Position numbers and translations under genes: made by a program. A DNA stretch of 63,896 nt, counting the filler, from Reclinomonas americana ATCC 50394 (lineage: Eukaryota), in NCBI GenBank assembly GCA_048213135.1. It is 17 parts of 17 records of this genome, joined end to end, with 100 filler letters (N's around TTAATTAATTAA, not from the genome) between each part and the next. Parts side by side here need not be neighbours in the genome. Positions count along the whole stretch, not along the records: positions 22,775 to 26,348 come from AFZH01023461.1; positions 26,449 to 28,946 come from AFZH01023465.1; positions 29,047 to 32,337 come from AFZH01023466.1; positions 32,438 to 35,394 come from AFZH01023467.1; 13 more parts are not named here. One strand, given 5' to 3'. The notes under the pieces were generated by a model that saw nothing but the letters and a program-made list of their open reading frames with translations, was not told the DNA's origin and did no database searches. Shown one piece after another: positions 22,775 through 35,200 of the stretch. Position 1 is the stretch's first letter, and each line of letters starts with the position of its first letter.

Positions 22775-23459
22775 TGACGGGCTCGTTTTGGTCGAAGCCG
22801 GCCAGCGCCGCATCGACCATGTCGTCGACCTCCATGATCATTTCGGGCGGGAAGCCGGCGACATCGACGCCGGCCCGGGCCCAGATCTCGGTACGGGTGG
22901 CGCCGGGAAGCACCGCCTGGACCCTGACGCCGGCCGGTTCGAGCTCCTTCTGCAAGGATAGGCTGAGGTTCAGCACATAGGCCTTGGTGCCGCTGTAGCT
23001 GCCGTTGAACAGCTCCGGCGCGAGCGCCAGCACCGAGGCGACATTGATGATCGTGCCCTGCTTGCGGGTCACGAAATTGCGAGCCGCGGCGGCAGCGAGA
23101 CGGGTCGGGGCGATGACGTTGAGCTCGATCATGGCCTGGAAGCGGTCGATGTCGCCGTCGACCAGCGTGCCGGAGACCGACATGCCGGCATTGTTGACGA
23201 GCAGGGTCAGGCTTTCGTCCTCACGCAGGCGCCGCTCGACTTCGGCAAGATCCGCCTTCGCCGTCAGATCGGCCTTGAGCCATTCGACCTTGCGGCCGGT
23301 CTCGCGCCGAAGGCGCTCGGCCAGTGCGGTGAGCCGGGCCTCGTCGCGGGCGACGAGGACGAGATCATAGCCGCGGTGGGCCAGTCTGTCGGCGTAGACG
23401 GCGCCGATTCCGGTGGAGGCGCCGGTGATGAGGGCGGTGCCGAGCTGCTGCGTTGCCAT
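22775..23459 (-). CDS. Short-chain dehydrogenase/reductase, 3'-truncated
   Basis: TGASTGIG, NNAG and YSGTK motifs. Confidence 0.95.
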
Positions 23460-23492
23460 GTCGAATTCCTGTTGGATTTCAGCGTTGGTTTT

Positions 23493-23539
23493 TCATGATG
23501 ATTATCATGATTGAATTTACATGATCAGCATCATATAAA
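23493..23539. promoter_or_regulatory. Two putative TetR operators (ATGAT-N4-ATCAT) between divergent SDR and TetR
   Basis: TCATGAT-GATT-ATCATGA at 23493-23510 and TTTACATGAT-CAGC-ATCATATAAA at 23516-23539. Confidence 0.75.
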
Positions 23540-23580
23540 GAGTCAAGGGTTGAATTGACGATTATCGAAGGAGCCGATCG

Positions 23581-24156
23581 ATGCGGGTGAGCCGCGAACA
23601 GATGGCGGAGAACCGCGAGCGCATTCTCGACACGGCAGCGACGCTGTTCCGTGAGCGCGGTTTCGACGGAGTCGGCGTCGCCGATGTGATGAAGGCGGTC
23701 GGCCTGACCCATGGCGGCTTCTATGGGCACTTTTCGTCGAAGGACGATCTCGCGGCCCAGGCCCTCGGGCGCGCCTTCGTCCACTCCGGTCAATCGGCTG
23801 CCGAGGCGAGGGCGTCTGAGCCGCAAGCGCCGCGGCGGGCGATCATCGATCGCTATCTGTCACCGGCGCATCGCGACGATCCCGGCCATGGCTGTCCGGT
23901 CGCGGCGCTTGGCAGCGACACTGCGCGCCAGGGCGAGGCGTCGCGCCTTGCTGCGACGGAGGGTGTGCGGGCGGCGATCAAGGGTCTCTGCGCCATCACG
24001 CCGGGCGCAACCGCAGACGAGCGCAGAACCAGCGCCATTGCGAGCTACGCCACCTTGGTCGGCGCGCTCGTCCTTGCCCGCATGGTCGACGACGCGGCGC
24101 TGTCGGACGAGATCCTGGCCGCGGCCCGAGCGGAGCTTTGCTCCGCCGAGGCGTGA
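23581..24156 (+). CDS. TetR/AcrR family transcriptional regulator
   Basis: MRVSREQMAENRERILDTAATLFRERGFDGVGVADVMKAVGLTHGGFYGHFSSKDDL; AAGGAG RBS. Confidence 0.95.
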   Translation: MRVSREQMAENRERILDTAATLFRERGFDGVGVADVMKAVGLTHGGFYGHFSSKDDLAAQALGRAFVHSGQSAAEARASEPQAPRRAIIDRYLSPAHRDDPGHGCPVAALGSDTARQGEASRLAATEGVRAAIKGLCAITPGATADERRTSAIASYATLVGALVLARMVDDAALSDEILAAARAELCSAEA

Positions 24157-24261
24157 CGGGCGCAAGCTGCATTGCCCGCCTTGTTTGCGCCATTGCCGCG
24201 ATGCACCTAGATTTGCAGGGCTGCAGTTCGCCCCGGCTAAGAGCGCGAATCGAGGATCGGC

Positions 24262-25095
24262 ATGAAGACGTATCGCGGCGGGATCGCAGGCCTGGCGGTG
24301 ATGGCGGCGACGGGAGCCTGGGCGCAGAGTCCGGCCCCTGCTTCGGCGGGGCGTGTCGTTCTGGTGCCGCACCGGGCTGTCTATGATCTCGTCCTCGATG
24401 ACGGCAAGCCCTCGCGCGACATCACCACGGCACGCGGCCGCATCGCCTTCGACTTCTCCGGCGATGCCTGCGACGGCTATGCGCTCTCGTTTCGGCAGGT
24501 CACCGAGCTGACCAGCGAGGGCGGGCCGCGGGTGATCGATGCGCGCACGACGAGCTTCGAGGAAGGCGATGCGAAGAGCTATCGCTTCAAGACCGAAAGC
24601 TCGGCTGCCGGCGCGCCGGCCGATATCGTCGACGGCACGGCGAAGAAGGGCGAGGCCGGCTACGAGGTGCAGCTGCGCGCGCCCAAGGCCGAGACGCATC
24701 GCGAGCCGAGCGCCGCGATGTTCCCGAACGAGCAGATGAAGGCGGTGATCCAGGCGGCGCGCGAGGGCAAGAACACCCTCAATGTCCGTCTCTATGATGG
24801 CGCCAATTCCGGCAAGGACGTCTACGACACGCTCTCGGTGATCGGCCGCAAGATCACGACGCCGGCCGCGGAGGCGCCGCTGCGCAAGCCGGAATTCGCG
24901 AAGCTCGCGCGCTGGCCGGTGACGATCTCCTATTTCAAGGTCGGTTCCGGAGAGAGCACACCGGCTTACACCGTGTCCTTCGAGCTCTATGAGAACGGCG
25001 TCACTGGCGCGATCCGGCTGGATTACGGCTCGTTCGCCCTGCGCGGCACGCTCACGCGTCTGGATCTGCTTCCGGCGAGCGACTGCTCGAAGTAG
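24262..25095 (+). CDS. eipB: Cell envelope integrity protein EipB (DUF1849)
   Basis: Signal peptide, [33 protein letters not shown]...LDYG and a C-terminal Cys; an alphaproteobacterial family. Confidence 0.9.
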   Translation: MKTYRGGIAGLAVMAATGAWAQSPAPASAGRVVLVPHRAVYDLVLDDGKPSRDITTARGRIAFDFSGDACDGYALSFRQVTELTSEGGPRVIDARTTSFEEGDAKSYRFKTESSAAGAPADIVDGTAKKGEAGYEVQLRAPKAETHREPSAAMFPNEQMKAVIQAAREGKNTLNVRLYDGANSGKDVYDTLSVIGRKITTPAAEAPLRKPEFAKLARWPVTISYFKVGSGESTPAYTVSFELYENGVTGAIRLDYGSFALRGTLTRLDLLPASDCSK

Positions 25096-26348
25096 TGCGA
25101 CGGCGCGTATCGCGCAGCGACAGACCCTTCTCGATCGCGGCATCGCCGAATTTGGCGCGGACCTTGTCGAGGGCGCTTTCCATCGCTTTCAGTCTGGGCG
25201 TCTGCTGGTCGGCGAGATCGCCGCGATCGGCCTCGGCCGGATCGGAGAAATCGCTCATGCCGATGCCGATCAGCCGGTAGCGCGGCCCGGTGCATTCGCG
25301 CTTGAGCAGGTCGCGTCCCGCGGAAAACAAGCGCGCCGCGAGCTGGCTCGGCTCGGGCAGGCGGGCTGCGCGGGTGATGATGTGGAAGTCGTGGGTCTTG
25401 AGCTTGAGCGTAACGGTACGCCCGGCGAGCTCCTGAGCCTTCAATCGCTGCGAGGTCCTCTCGCAGAGCCGCCACAGGATCGGCTCCAGCTCCTCAAAGC
25501 GGGCGAGATCGACATCCAGCGTCGTCTCGGAGGAGACAGTCTTGGCCTCGTGCTCGACCGTGACCTTGCGCGGGTCGATGCCGAGCGCGAGGTTCCTGAG
25601 GCGCGGCCCGTCCTTGCCGACGAGGCGGTAGAGCGTCGCGATCTCGGCCTTGGCGAGGTCGCCGATGACGCGGAAGCCCGACTGCGCCAGCTTCGCCGCG
25701 CCGGCCTTGCCGATGCCGGGGATCATCCCGACCGGCTTCTGGGCCAGGAAGGCAACAGCCTCGGCCTGGCCGATGATCGAGAAGCCGCGGGGCTTGTCCA
25801 GGTCGGAGGCGACCTTGGCGAGGAACTTGGCATAGGAGAGCCCGACCGAGATGGTGATGCCGATCTCGTCCTCGATCCGGCGCTGGAAACGGGCGAGGGT
25901 AAGCGCCGGGCTGGCATGGTGCAGCCGTTCGGTTCCGCCGAGATCGAGGAAGGCCTCGTCGATCGAGAGCGGCTCGACCAATGGCGTCAGCTCCTGCATC
26001 AATCTGCGGACCTGGCGGCCGACAGCAACGTATTTCGCCATGTCCGGCTTGATCACGGTGGCTTCCGGGCAGGCCTTCAGTGCCTGGAACATCGGCATGG
26101 CCGAGCGCACGCCGGACATGCGGGCGATGTAGCAGCAGGTCGAGACCACGCCGCGCTTGCCGCCGCCGATGATCACCGGCTTGTCGAGCAGGCTGGGATC
26201 GTCGCGCTTCTCGATCGCGGCATAGAAGGCGTCGCAATCGATATGGGCGAGGTGCAGGCTGTCGCGCTCGGCATGGCGCAGCAGTCGCGGCGAACCGCAG
26301 GATGGGCAGCGGCGCACCGGCGCGCGCGCCTCGTCATGATCGCGCAGG
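25052..26348 (-). CDS. dinB: DNA polymerase IV (Y family), missing a few N-terminal residues
   Basis: [36 protein letters not shown]-terminal CPSCGSPR; frame open to the gap. Confidence 0.96.
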
Positions 26349-26448
26349 NNNNNNNNNNNNNNNNNNNNNNNNNNNNNNNNNNNNNNNNNNNNTTAATTAA
26401 TTAANNNNNNNNNNNNNNNNNNNNNNNNNNNNNNNNNNNNNNNNNNNN

Positions 26449-27176
26449 AGCTCGGCATGCGAACCGATATCGTCGTACCAGAGCGGCTCCTCGAACCAGA
26501 ACAGGTCGAGTGCCTCGGCGCGGGCGCAGAAGCGCTTGCAGGTCGGCAGGTCCCATTTGCCGTTGCCGTCGACCGCGATGGTGACGTGGTCGCCGACGGC
26601 GCGGCGCACCGCTTCGAGCCGGCCGATATCGGTCATCGGATCGGCATGGCCGACCTTGAGCTTGATCCGGTGGAAGCCGTCGCGCTCGACCGCCATGCGG
26701 GCGCCTTCGACCAGCTCGTCCTTCGGGATCGAGAGCCAGCCGATATCGGTGTTGTAGGCTTCGAGCTTGGTCTTGCTGGCGCCGCCGAGCAGATGCCAGA
26801 GCGGCAGGGCGGCCTTCTTCGCCTTGAGGTCCCAGAGCGCGACGTCGACGGCGGCGAGCGCGAGCTGGGTGATGCCGGCGCGGCCGACCCATTGCAGGGC
26901 AGGGTGGCGGGCGAGCTTGAGCCAGAGCCGCGAATGCTCGGAGGCATCCTCGCCGACGAGCAGCGGCGCGTAGCAGTCGCGGATGCAGGCGGTGATCAGC
27001 CGGTCGGAGGCGAGGTCGGCATGGGTGCCGGTGAAGCCGTAGCCGGTGAGGCCGTCCTCGCTGACGATCTTCGTGCCGACCACGCCCCAATGGCTGATCC
27101 GGTGGGTCGAGTCGGCGATCGAGCCGCCGGTGACCGGGATGTGGAGGATGAAGGGCTCGATGCGGGCGATGCGCAT
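26449..27176 (-). CDS. Mandelate racemase/muconate lactonizing enzyme family protein, 3'-truncated
   Basis: [24 protein letters not shown] and WFEEP motifs. Confidence 0.93.
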
Positions 27177-27368
27177 GTCGGTCTCCGAGTGCTGCCGGCG
27201 GGATCATCGGCCTGATGCGCGGGGGCGACAAGGCGCAGCTTTCTTAGGCCTCTCACGCGCTTTGCGCATGCTGATCATGTGGATGAGCCGGATGCGGCTG
27301 TTTTCCGACTCCGCCGGGGTGCTATCGTCACGTCACGAATCACGTTTCGCGGCGGAGATGAGCGGGAC

Positions 27369-27980
27369 ATGTCCGACGAATACGGCGACGGAGGCAGGCC
27401 ACCGGTCGGCCCGCTGCAATCGCTCAACCGGATCGTGCGTCTGGACGGGCCTGAGGCGATCAGTGAGCAGGTGGTCGAGATCACCGGCCACGTCAAATGG
27501 TTCGACGTGAGCAAGGGCTACGGCTTCGTCGTTCCGCAGGATGGCGGCAGCGATGTCCTGGTCCATGTCACCACGCTGAAGCGCGACGGCTTCCACGCCA
27601 TCGCCGAGGGCGCGCGCATCGTGCTCGAGGCGGTCGCCAAGGCGCGTGGTCGCCAGGCTGTGCGGGTGCTCTCGATCGACACCTCCGCGGCGCGCCATCC
27701 GGCCGAGATGCCGATGCCGCGCACCAATGCGACGGTGACGCCGACCAGCGGGCTCGAGCGCATGGTGGTGAAGTGGTTCAACCGGCTGCGCGGCTTCGGC
27801 TTCGTCTCGGCCGGCGAGGGGGCTCCCGACATCTTCGTCCATATGGAGACGCTGCGCCGCTACGGCATCGTCGAGCTGATCCCGGGGCAGACCGTGCTGG
27901 TGCGCTACGGGCCGGGACCGAAGGGGCTGATGGCCGCCGAGGTCCGGATGGAGCAAGGCGGGACCCCCGTCTCCCACTAA
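27369..27980 (+). CDS. Two-domain cold-shock protein
   Basis: GHVKWFDVSKGYGFV...DVLVH and VVKWFNRLRGFGFV...DIFVH; start could be further upstream (27279). Confidence 0.92.
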   Translation: MSDEYGDGGRPPVGPLQSLNRIVRLDGPEAISEQVVEITGHVKWFDVSKGYGFVVPQDGGSDVLVHVTTLKRDGFHAIAEGARIVLEAVAKARGRQAVRVLSIDTSAARHPAEMPMPRTNATVTPTSGLERMVVKWFNRLRGFGFVSAGEGAPDIFVHMETLRRYGIVELIPGQTVLVRYGPGPKGLMAAEVRMEQGGTPVSH

Positions 27981-27992
27981 GAACCATCTCCG

Positions 27993-28018
27993 AAAGGGCG
28001 CCTCCGGGCGCCTTTTTT
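27993..28018 (+). terminator. Rho-independent terminator
   Basis: GGCGCC-TCCG-GGCGCC hairpin followed by T6, just after the cold-shock gene stop. Confidence 0.85.
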
Positions 28019-28355
28019 ATTGTACGCCAGGTGCTTGCAGAGAATGGCTCGGTTATTTCACGGGCGTCGGTGTGAATTTATTGTCTTGCCGGTGAATTGT
28101 GCGTAATGCCCATGATAACGGCAGCTCGTGCGGCGCGCCCAATATCGACGAGGCGCTGGCGCAGATGGGCGAATCCTTCGATATTGCGCGCGAGGACCTC
28201 GACCGGCTGCTGCAATATGCCGAGGCGAGCGCGTTGCGGCGGCAAGCCCGGAGCTCGTGACCTCAGCCGTTTCTGAACGGAAACGGCGAATTTGAGCGAA
28301 TCGCTTTCACCTGACCTCAATGGACCTTCGGCTAGGGTGACCTCGTTATGAGGAC

Positions 28356-28946
28356 ATGCCGATCGCCGTGCTGCTGATCACCGACCGTCCGGAGCAAAGC
28401 CTGAAGCTCGAGCGGCTGCTGTCGCTGTGGGGGCCGTGCGACGTCGTCGACCTGCGTCGCCCGATGCCTGGCGGCCAGGCACCGAAGCGGCTGGTCGTCA
28501 GCGATGTCGATCTGTCGAACCGCGGCGCGGTAGAGGCCGTTCGCTCTCAGATCGCGGAAGGCCGGCGCAAGGGAACGCCGTTTCTCTGTCTGCTGCGCGA
28601 CCAGTCCCCGCGCCTGACGATCCAGGCGAATGCGATCGGTGCGAGCGCGGTGCTGTCTGCCGATCTGCCGACCAAGGCGCTGCTTGACGAGATCGGCCGG
28701 CTTCTCGCACCCCAAGGTGCGTCGCCGATGCAGCGCCAGTTCGTGGCTGCTTCGGCGGGGATGGCCGACATGCTTTCGGCCGCCGCCGAAGGCAAGGCTC
28801 TGCCGGTCGCCGCCATCGAGGACAGCGTCGAGGCGATCAACCGCGCAGCGGACGACCGCGATCTCGATGCCTGGCTCGACCTGGTCTGGAGCCATGACGA
28901 CGCGACCTATCAGCATTGCCTGTTGGTAGCAGGCCTCGCCGCCGCC
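28356..28946 (+). CDS. HD-GYP-type phosphohydrolase with a degenerate REC-like N-terminus, 3'-truncated
   Basis: WSHDDATYQHCLLVAGLA matches the start of an HD-GYP domain; GAGG RBS; catalytic motifs lie beyond the gap. Confidence 0.75.
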
Positions 28947-29046
28947 NNNNNNNNNNNNNNNNNNNNNNNNNNNNNNNNNNNNNNNNNNNNTTAATTAATT
29001 AANNNNNNNNNNNNNNNNNNNNNNNNNNNNNNNNNNNNNNNNNNNN

Positions 29047-31316
29047 TCGCTGGATACGGACGGCGGCACGTCGAAGGACGCGGATCTGCATGTTCCTCTG
29101 CGACTGCCGTTCACGGAACCACCGTTGAAGAGCGAGTGCAGCCATATCTGACTTGGGAGGTGGAGGTGTGGTTCCGGGTGCTGCGGTTGCTGCTGCGCTC
29201 GGCGCTCGGGCAGATTCCTTGAACATGACCGAACGTTGTGGCGGTGGTGATGATATCGGAGAGATATCGACTCCATCTGGTGATTTCTGCTTACCACCAG
29301 TAGCTGTCGCCGACGTTGCTGTTGCTCCAGTTCCTGGCCCTGGTGGCGGTGGCAGCGGAAAGGCGGATGGTTTTGGCTTGGACAGCGGACGCTTCTCCTG
29401 CTTTCGCGGTTGCTGGTTCGCCAACTTGGACTCGATCCACGGCTGCGCAAGCGGGTGGGCTTCATTTCAGTTGCCCACACAACGGATTGGGAGTGCACCA
29501 CAGCAACGCAACGTGTCGCAGCAAGTCTTCTGCACTCGGACGATCCTCGGGTTTGAGGCGGAAGCAGTGCTCGATAAACGATCGGCATTGCTGGCCGATG
29601 CGGAGTCGTGAGTGTGTCGACGATGAAAACAAAACAGGCAGCAGCAGACACAGACCTTGGACAGGGTGCTCGGCAAAGGCGGTGGTCGCTTCGACTCACA
29701 GATCACCTCAAACGCCTTGTCTGGTCCCAGATCCTTGTACGGCGGATTGCCGCACAACAATTCGAGCACCGTGGCACCGACACTCCTGCGCATAACCATC
29801 AATTGCTGCGCTAACAAGACAGCCGCTCGACACTCACGACGACGTACCAGCAATCGGAAGCGGTGCACGGCTGTCCGCGGAGCATCTCAGGAGCCGCTGT
29901 GATGTCGCGCGATGAGAGGGATTGGCATGATGGAGGGGAGAGTGTAGAACAAAGGAGCAGTGCGTACACCAAAATGGCCGATCGCGCACGGCAAACGGGT
30001 CGCCGTGCTCGACCAGGGCAAGACCGAAATCTGTGAGTTTTGCCTGTGCGTTCCACGTTGTGAGGGGGGAGGAGGAGGACGAGAACAGGCGGCGCAGGGG
30101 ATCGCGTGTTACTGCGAGCCACACAAAGGGGGGGACGCGATGAGTTGCAGCGGAGGCGTGAATGTGCAAACGGCACATGCTCACCCTCGCCGTATCGTGT
30201 GGTTCGCACATTGGCGGCTTGCAGTGAGCCTGTGCGTGTGTGTGTGCCGGGTGAGAAACACACACAAACCCATGCACGCAAAGACCCCACGACAGAGCGC
30301 ACACGCACCGTGAATAATACTGTGCTCGTGGAGATACATGAGACCCTCCAGCACTGACCACCGCGGACACAGTCAGCCGTCAACAGCAACACTCTCGCAC
30401 GCGCAACTGCCGGCGACACACCTTGTGCGATGAAACGCGCGCAAATGTCCTCATTGACCGCAAAGTTCTGCAACAGATCCCACAGCGAGCCATTCGGCAG
30501 GTGCCTGGTGGTGGTGGTGGTGGTGAAATCGTCACACAAAAGTCGAACACACCAAAAGTACATCATGACACATGTGCGCAACTCCATGAATACAAACAGC
30601 AGCGAGGCGAACTGCTCGGCATCGTAGTACTGCAACACATGCGGGTGACTGAGCTCCTGCAACTGCGTCAACGATTGCTGATCGTGACGTCCGCATGATA
30701 ATGATGAGTCGACAACACCAAGCGCAGTGAGAGGAAGAAAAAACACGACGCATTACCGCCAGCTGCTCCGCCTGCTCATCCGTCATGCCACTCAAGTCAA
30801 ACACACGACACACCACATGCTCGCCAGTGCGCGAGTCCAACGCGGCAAACAGCTGACCAAATCGCCCCGAACCCAGCTGCGCTCCCAACACCTATGTCGC
30901 GCACAACGCGCAAGTCAACCCATCTGTCGTCTCATCTCGCCCACACACACAGCACCCGCAACATAGTTGCCCACACGCTCAATGCGTTGCAAGGCCGCGC
31001 GTTCCTCTGGCCTCTCATCCTCCTCCTCTTCCTCTTCCTCCTGTGGCCTGCCGATCTCCACCTCCAGCGTCGCACTCTGTATCCTCTTCTTCTTCGTCTT
31101 CCTTCTCTTTCGCGCCACTCTCCTCTGCTCGTCGCCTCTCTCGCTCTCATTCTCAGAGTCATAGCACTCCGCCTCCTCTGCTTCTTCTTGTAGTTGTTGC
31201 TCCTCTTCAGTCGCCTGCTCTTCCACAGACATGAACGAGCTGGAGGAGGCCGTGCGACGGCGACCACTGCCCTCGGGAGGCACAATCACTTGCGCCTTGC
31301 TTGTGCTGTGCCCCAT
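29047..31316 (-). CDS. Multi-exon STE/Cdc7-SepH-like protein kinase-fold gene (probable pseudokinase) with IQ-like motifs, 3'-truncated
   Basis: Spliced pieces: MGHSTSK; LGSGRFG; VVCR; LSHPHVLQYY; YLHEHSIIH|GSLQAANV; KLTDFG; APE; SVGATVLELLCGNPPY; ALALQRWFR...AAVRIQR. Confidence 0.82.
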
Positions 31317-31413
31317 TGCAAACAAACTGATCTTCGCGCGCGCGAGTGACTGACTACTGTTTGTCACACGCGCACAACACACACACAGAGACGAGTGTGT
31401 GTGGTGTGTGTGA

Positions 31414-31631
31414 ATGTATCAGGGTGGCTCACATGTGGAGCTGCTGACACTGCAAGGAGCGCAGGTGTGTGTCTTCTCTCTCACTGTCTGTCTCTCTGAG
31501 TATCAACCGTTCATCTTCTGTGCAGGCGCTCAACAAGATCAATGTCAAGCTGCCTGCGGGCACTCGTGGGAAGGCCAGTTGCGTGTTAAGAGAGAGAATG
31601 AGACTGAGAGAGAGAGAGAGAGAGTGCGCAC

Positions 31632-31663
<32 letters not shown>

Positions 31664-32233
31664 GTCAACTCAATGATTGTGGTGCAGATGTCGAGGCTCT
31701 TCGCGTGTTTGATCAGACAGTGAAGGGCTACGTGTTGGAGCTCAAGGGCGGATCCACGGCCTCAGTGCCCAAAGACGAGAAAACCTCTTGTGAGTCTCAT
31801 TCTGTCACTCATTCACTGTCTGTCTCTGTGTTGTCCTCACTGTGTTTGTGTGCAGTGAGCGTCACGCACAGGTACCTTGTGCTGCAGATGATGGTGCCAC
31901 AGGGCAAGCCGTTTCAGCTGGAGATTTCGTTGAGTTGCTGCTTGTTCTTTTTGCTGCTTGTCGTTTTTGTGCTCACAGGCGTGCAGCTTGTTTGACTCGG
32001 CGCATGCACGGCGGCGTGTCATCTTCTCGACCAACACGAAGGATGTGGTGCTGAATCAGTTGCATGCTCGTGTGCCGCTGGCCACGATGCCACGAGGAGA
32101 GGTGTGCACGCACCACACAATGCTTTCTTCTCGGGAACAGAGTCTGACAGGTGCTCTCTCTGCGGCAGTGGATGAATTTTGTGGTGGATATGGCCGACCT
32201 TGTGCACTATTGCTTTGGGCGCAGTCAGGTAAC

Positions 32234-32272
<39 letters not shown>

Positions 32273-35200
32273 GGGAGGCGGGGACTCTGATCGCATGTTC
32301 ACAGCGATCAAGGGAGAGAGGGGGAGCGACACTCAGTNNNNNNNNNNNNNNNNNNNNNNNNNNNNNNNNNNNNNNNNNNNNTTAATTAATTAANNNNNNN
32401 NNNNNNNNNNNNNNNNNNNNNNNNNNNNNNNNNNNNNGTACGGTACGTACGGTACGTACGTACGTACGACGTACGTACGTACGTACGTACGTACGTACGT
32501 ACGTACGACGTACGTAGAGACGAGACGAGAGAGATGAGAGAGAGAGAGAGAACGATCGCGTGCATGTGGATCTTGCATTGCTCAGTGCGCGCGTGCAGTA
32601 CGCGGAACTGGAGCATGTGTCGATAGGCTCGTACTGCACTGTGCGCAAGGTGTTTTCGCTGCGTGATGAGCCCGTGGATCCCACCATCGGTGAGATTGCT
32701 GAGATGATCCACCCCCATGCATGCTTTCCCCTCAACTCTCTGCGCACCAGATCCGCTGCCAAAGGGACTCGACCTGCCAGTCACTGTTCCGCACTGCACG
32801 TACATGTTCCGTGCCACGGAGCAGTTTGGCGACGGCGACGCTTTCCTCGACGAGTCCGAAATCGGGCCGTCGGCCTCGTCCGCAGCCACCAGTGCCGCGG
32901 CATCTGTGGTCTCCTCACCAGGCCAAGTTGCGCGTGACGAGTTATGTTTGTGTATTGCCATTTTCCTCACCGCTATGCACAGCCGGCTCCTCGCGGTGGA
33001 CTGGCGGCGCGTCGCGCAGCGGAGCCTGCCCGAGCGGGCAAGCGCGCTGTAGCCGCGCAAGCCGTTGAGCTGGCTCCGGCCGGTATGAGCATTGCTGGCA
33101 CGGGTGCCGGTGCCTCGCGCAGTTCCGCTCTCGCTCTCCACCTCTGCCAAGCATGGGGGAGTCCACTCACCATCCGTCCGCGCAGTGCCAACACGACGAG
33201 ACCCGAAAGCCAGTCACATTGCCTTTGGCTCCGCCATTCCTGCGCCTCGCGTCAATCCACGTTTCGTACTCCCGCTTGAGATTGCCGCTCGACAGCTCCT
33301 CCTGACAGCATCCTGGTGTTGACAGATTCACAACCGGCGAGCCCGCTGCACACAGCACCGGTACGCGTTCCTTGCTCATTGCACACTGCTGCTGCTGTCG
33401 TGAAAATCGCTGATTCGGTGTCTCTGTGATGTACAGCACGGAAGCGGGCGCACGGAGCGTGTCATGTTGCGTCAATGTTGTTGTTGGCATCTTCATGCTT
33501 GTCAGGCAACTCACTGGTGTTGCCGCTGTCAGGGTGGACGGACTGGCCATTTCACAAGAGCGGATGGCGGCTTCCAGTCGTTCCGGCTCGCGCTACTCCC
33601 TCACACCACCCATGACGCCTCATGAGCAGCCGGGCGAGGCGAGCGGACCGCCGCCACAGCGGTCAGCGTCGCGGACGGCACCGGCGGCGAGTAACGCTGA
33701 CTTGGAGCCGCTCGAATATGATGAATCGCAGCGGGAGGAGCGATTCAGCGACGAAGAGGAGGAGGACCGCGCACAGGTGCCTGTCAGCAGGGAACGTCCT
33801 TCGCCGCCACCTGCACGGTCACAGGCGCCGCCAAAGCCGCCCGTCGCAGGTCGAGACAACCGTGCCGCGCAGCAGCAGCAGCAGGCATCTCGCGGGCCAC
33901 GGCACGACCGGGGCGAGTACGAGGATGAGCAGTACGGAGACGAGGATGCGGCGGTGGAGCCACCAAGCATCTACGAGGACAGTCGATTGTGGTCGAGACG
34001 CGGCGGTCAGCGCAGCAGCATCGGCCGATGGGATCAAGCAGAGGAGGAGGAGGACGATATGTTTGGTGCTGCTGGTGAACAGCAACAACAACAACAGCCG
34101 CAACGGTCGGGCCGACTGGCCACGCCCTCCAGATCACCCGGAGCTGGCGATTTAACTGAACAGTTGACGCCACCCGCCGGTGTCGACCACCGACCTCCCT
34201 ACTCGGCCGCCTCACCGCACCGTCAGGTTTCGTGACTTCCCCCAGCGCGATGGTGTCGTGATCTGCTTTTCTGACCGCTCGCACCAGAACTACTCATCGT
34301 CACGCTACGAGACATCGGCCGACGTGGCATTTTCTGTGGCCTCCTCGGTCTCCCACCGGCAGCACTCGCCGCGATCGCCGGACGCGCGCAGTTTTGTGTC
34401 GGACGAGACCGGCGACATTTGCGACAGCGACGAGGACGAATTCGGTCGACCAACCTCGTCGTCACGACGCCGGTCGCGCGAATCGCGATCTCGTGGCAGC
34501 TCCAAGCAGGGCACCCGCCCCGAAGACACATCCATTCCATCACAGTCGCTTCTCGAAGAGGCGTTGCGAGAGGCACGCAAGACGCCACCGTCCAGCAGAG
34601 GGTGTGTCGACCAGAGCATGTTTGCGCCGCACTGCTCATCTGGCTGACATCAGACTCGCATGCACACAGAACCACGGTCAATCCGTTCCCCGTACAAGTG
34701 CCTCCACAGCGCGTGTACTCGGCGCACACCTACGAGGATGTGAGCACCGACGATGCCATCACTCCCGACCACGTTCCGTCACCGATTGAGCGACCGCGCC
34801 CCGTTTCGTCGGCGTCGACAGCGTCGGCCACCAGAGGCGCACCGCCGTCGCGCAGTGCAGGCGGCGGTGGAGCGAGTCGCGGAAGTGCACGACCGGCTGT
34901 CAACAATGCCGAATCTGACGACGCTCCCGGTGGCGGCGACGATACGGATGGATTGGACGACTATCTCGAACGCTCCGGAGTGCTGACTGCCGCCGATCCA
35001 CGTTGCGTGCTGGGGAAAAAAGAGTGCGATTATCCTCCGTCTCATACTCGTGATCTGCAGGTTCACACGCACATCTGAGACCAACATCGGGGAATGCACG
35101 ACTGGACTCGGAAGACGAGGTGACCATTCATGCGGAGAGCGGCTCGCAAGATGCACGGTGGCGTCGGTCTGGATGGGCGCCGCTTTTGTGAGATCAGACA

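Noticed and set aside
16311..26404. Long antisense or alternate-frame ORFs over bacterial genes (e.g. 16311-17348, 23860-25143, 24989-26404)
   Set aside because: Shadow ORFs typical of high-GC coding DNA; the opposite frames carry the recognisable motifs.
14766..28946. Horizontal gene transfer of a bacterial island into the protist
   Set aside because: No sequence-level junction to eukaryotic DNA, no introns, and intact bacterial operon signals.
32438..32520. (TACG)n palindromic repeat as a telomere or regulatory array
   Set aside because: It sits at a contig edge, degrades into a GA microsatellite and matches the TACG flow order of pyrosequencing, so it is most likely read-end noise.
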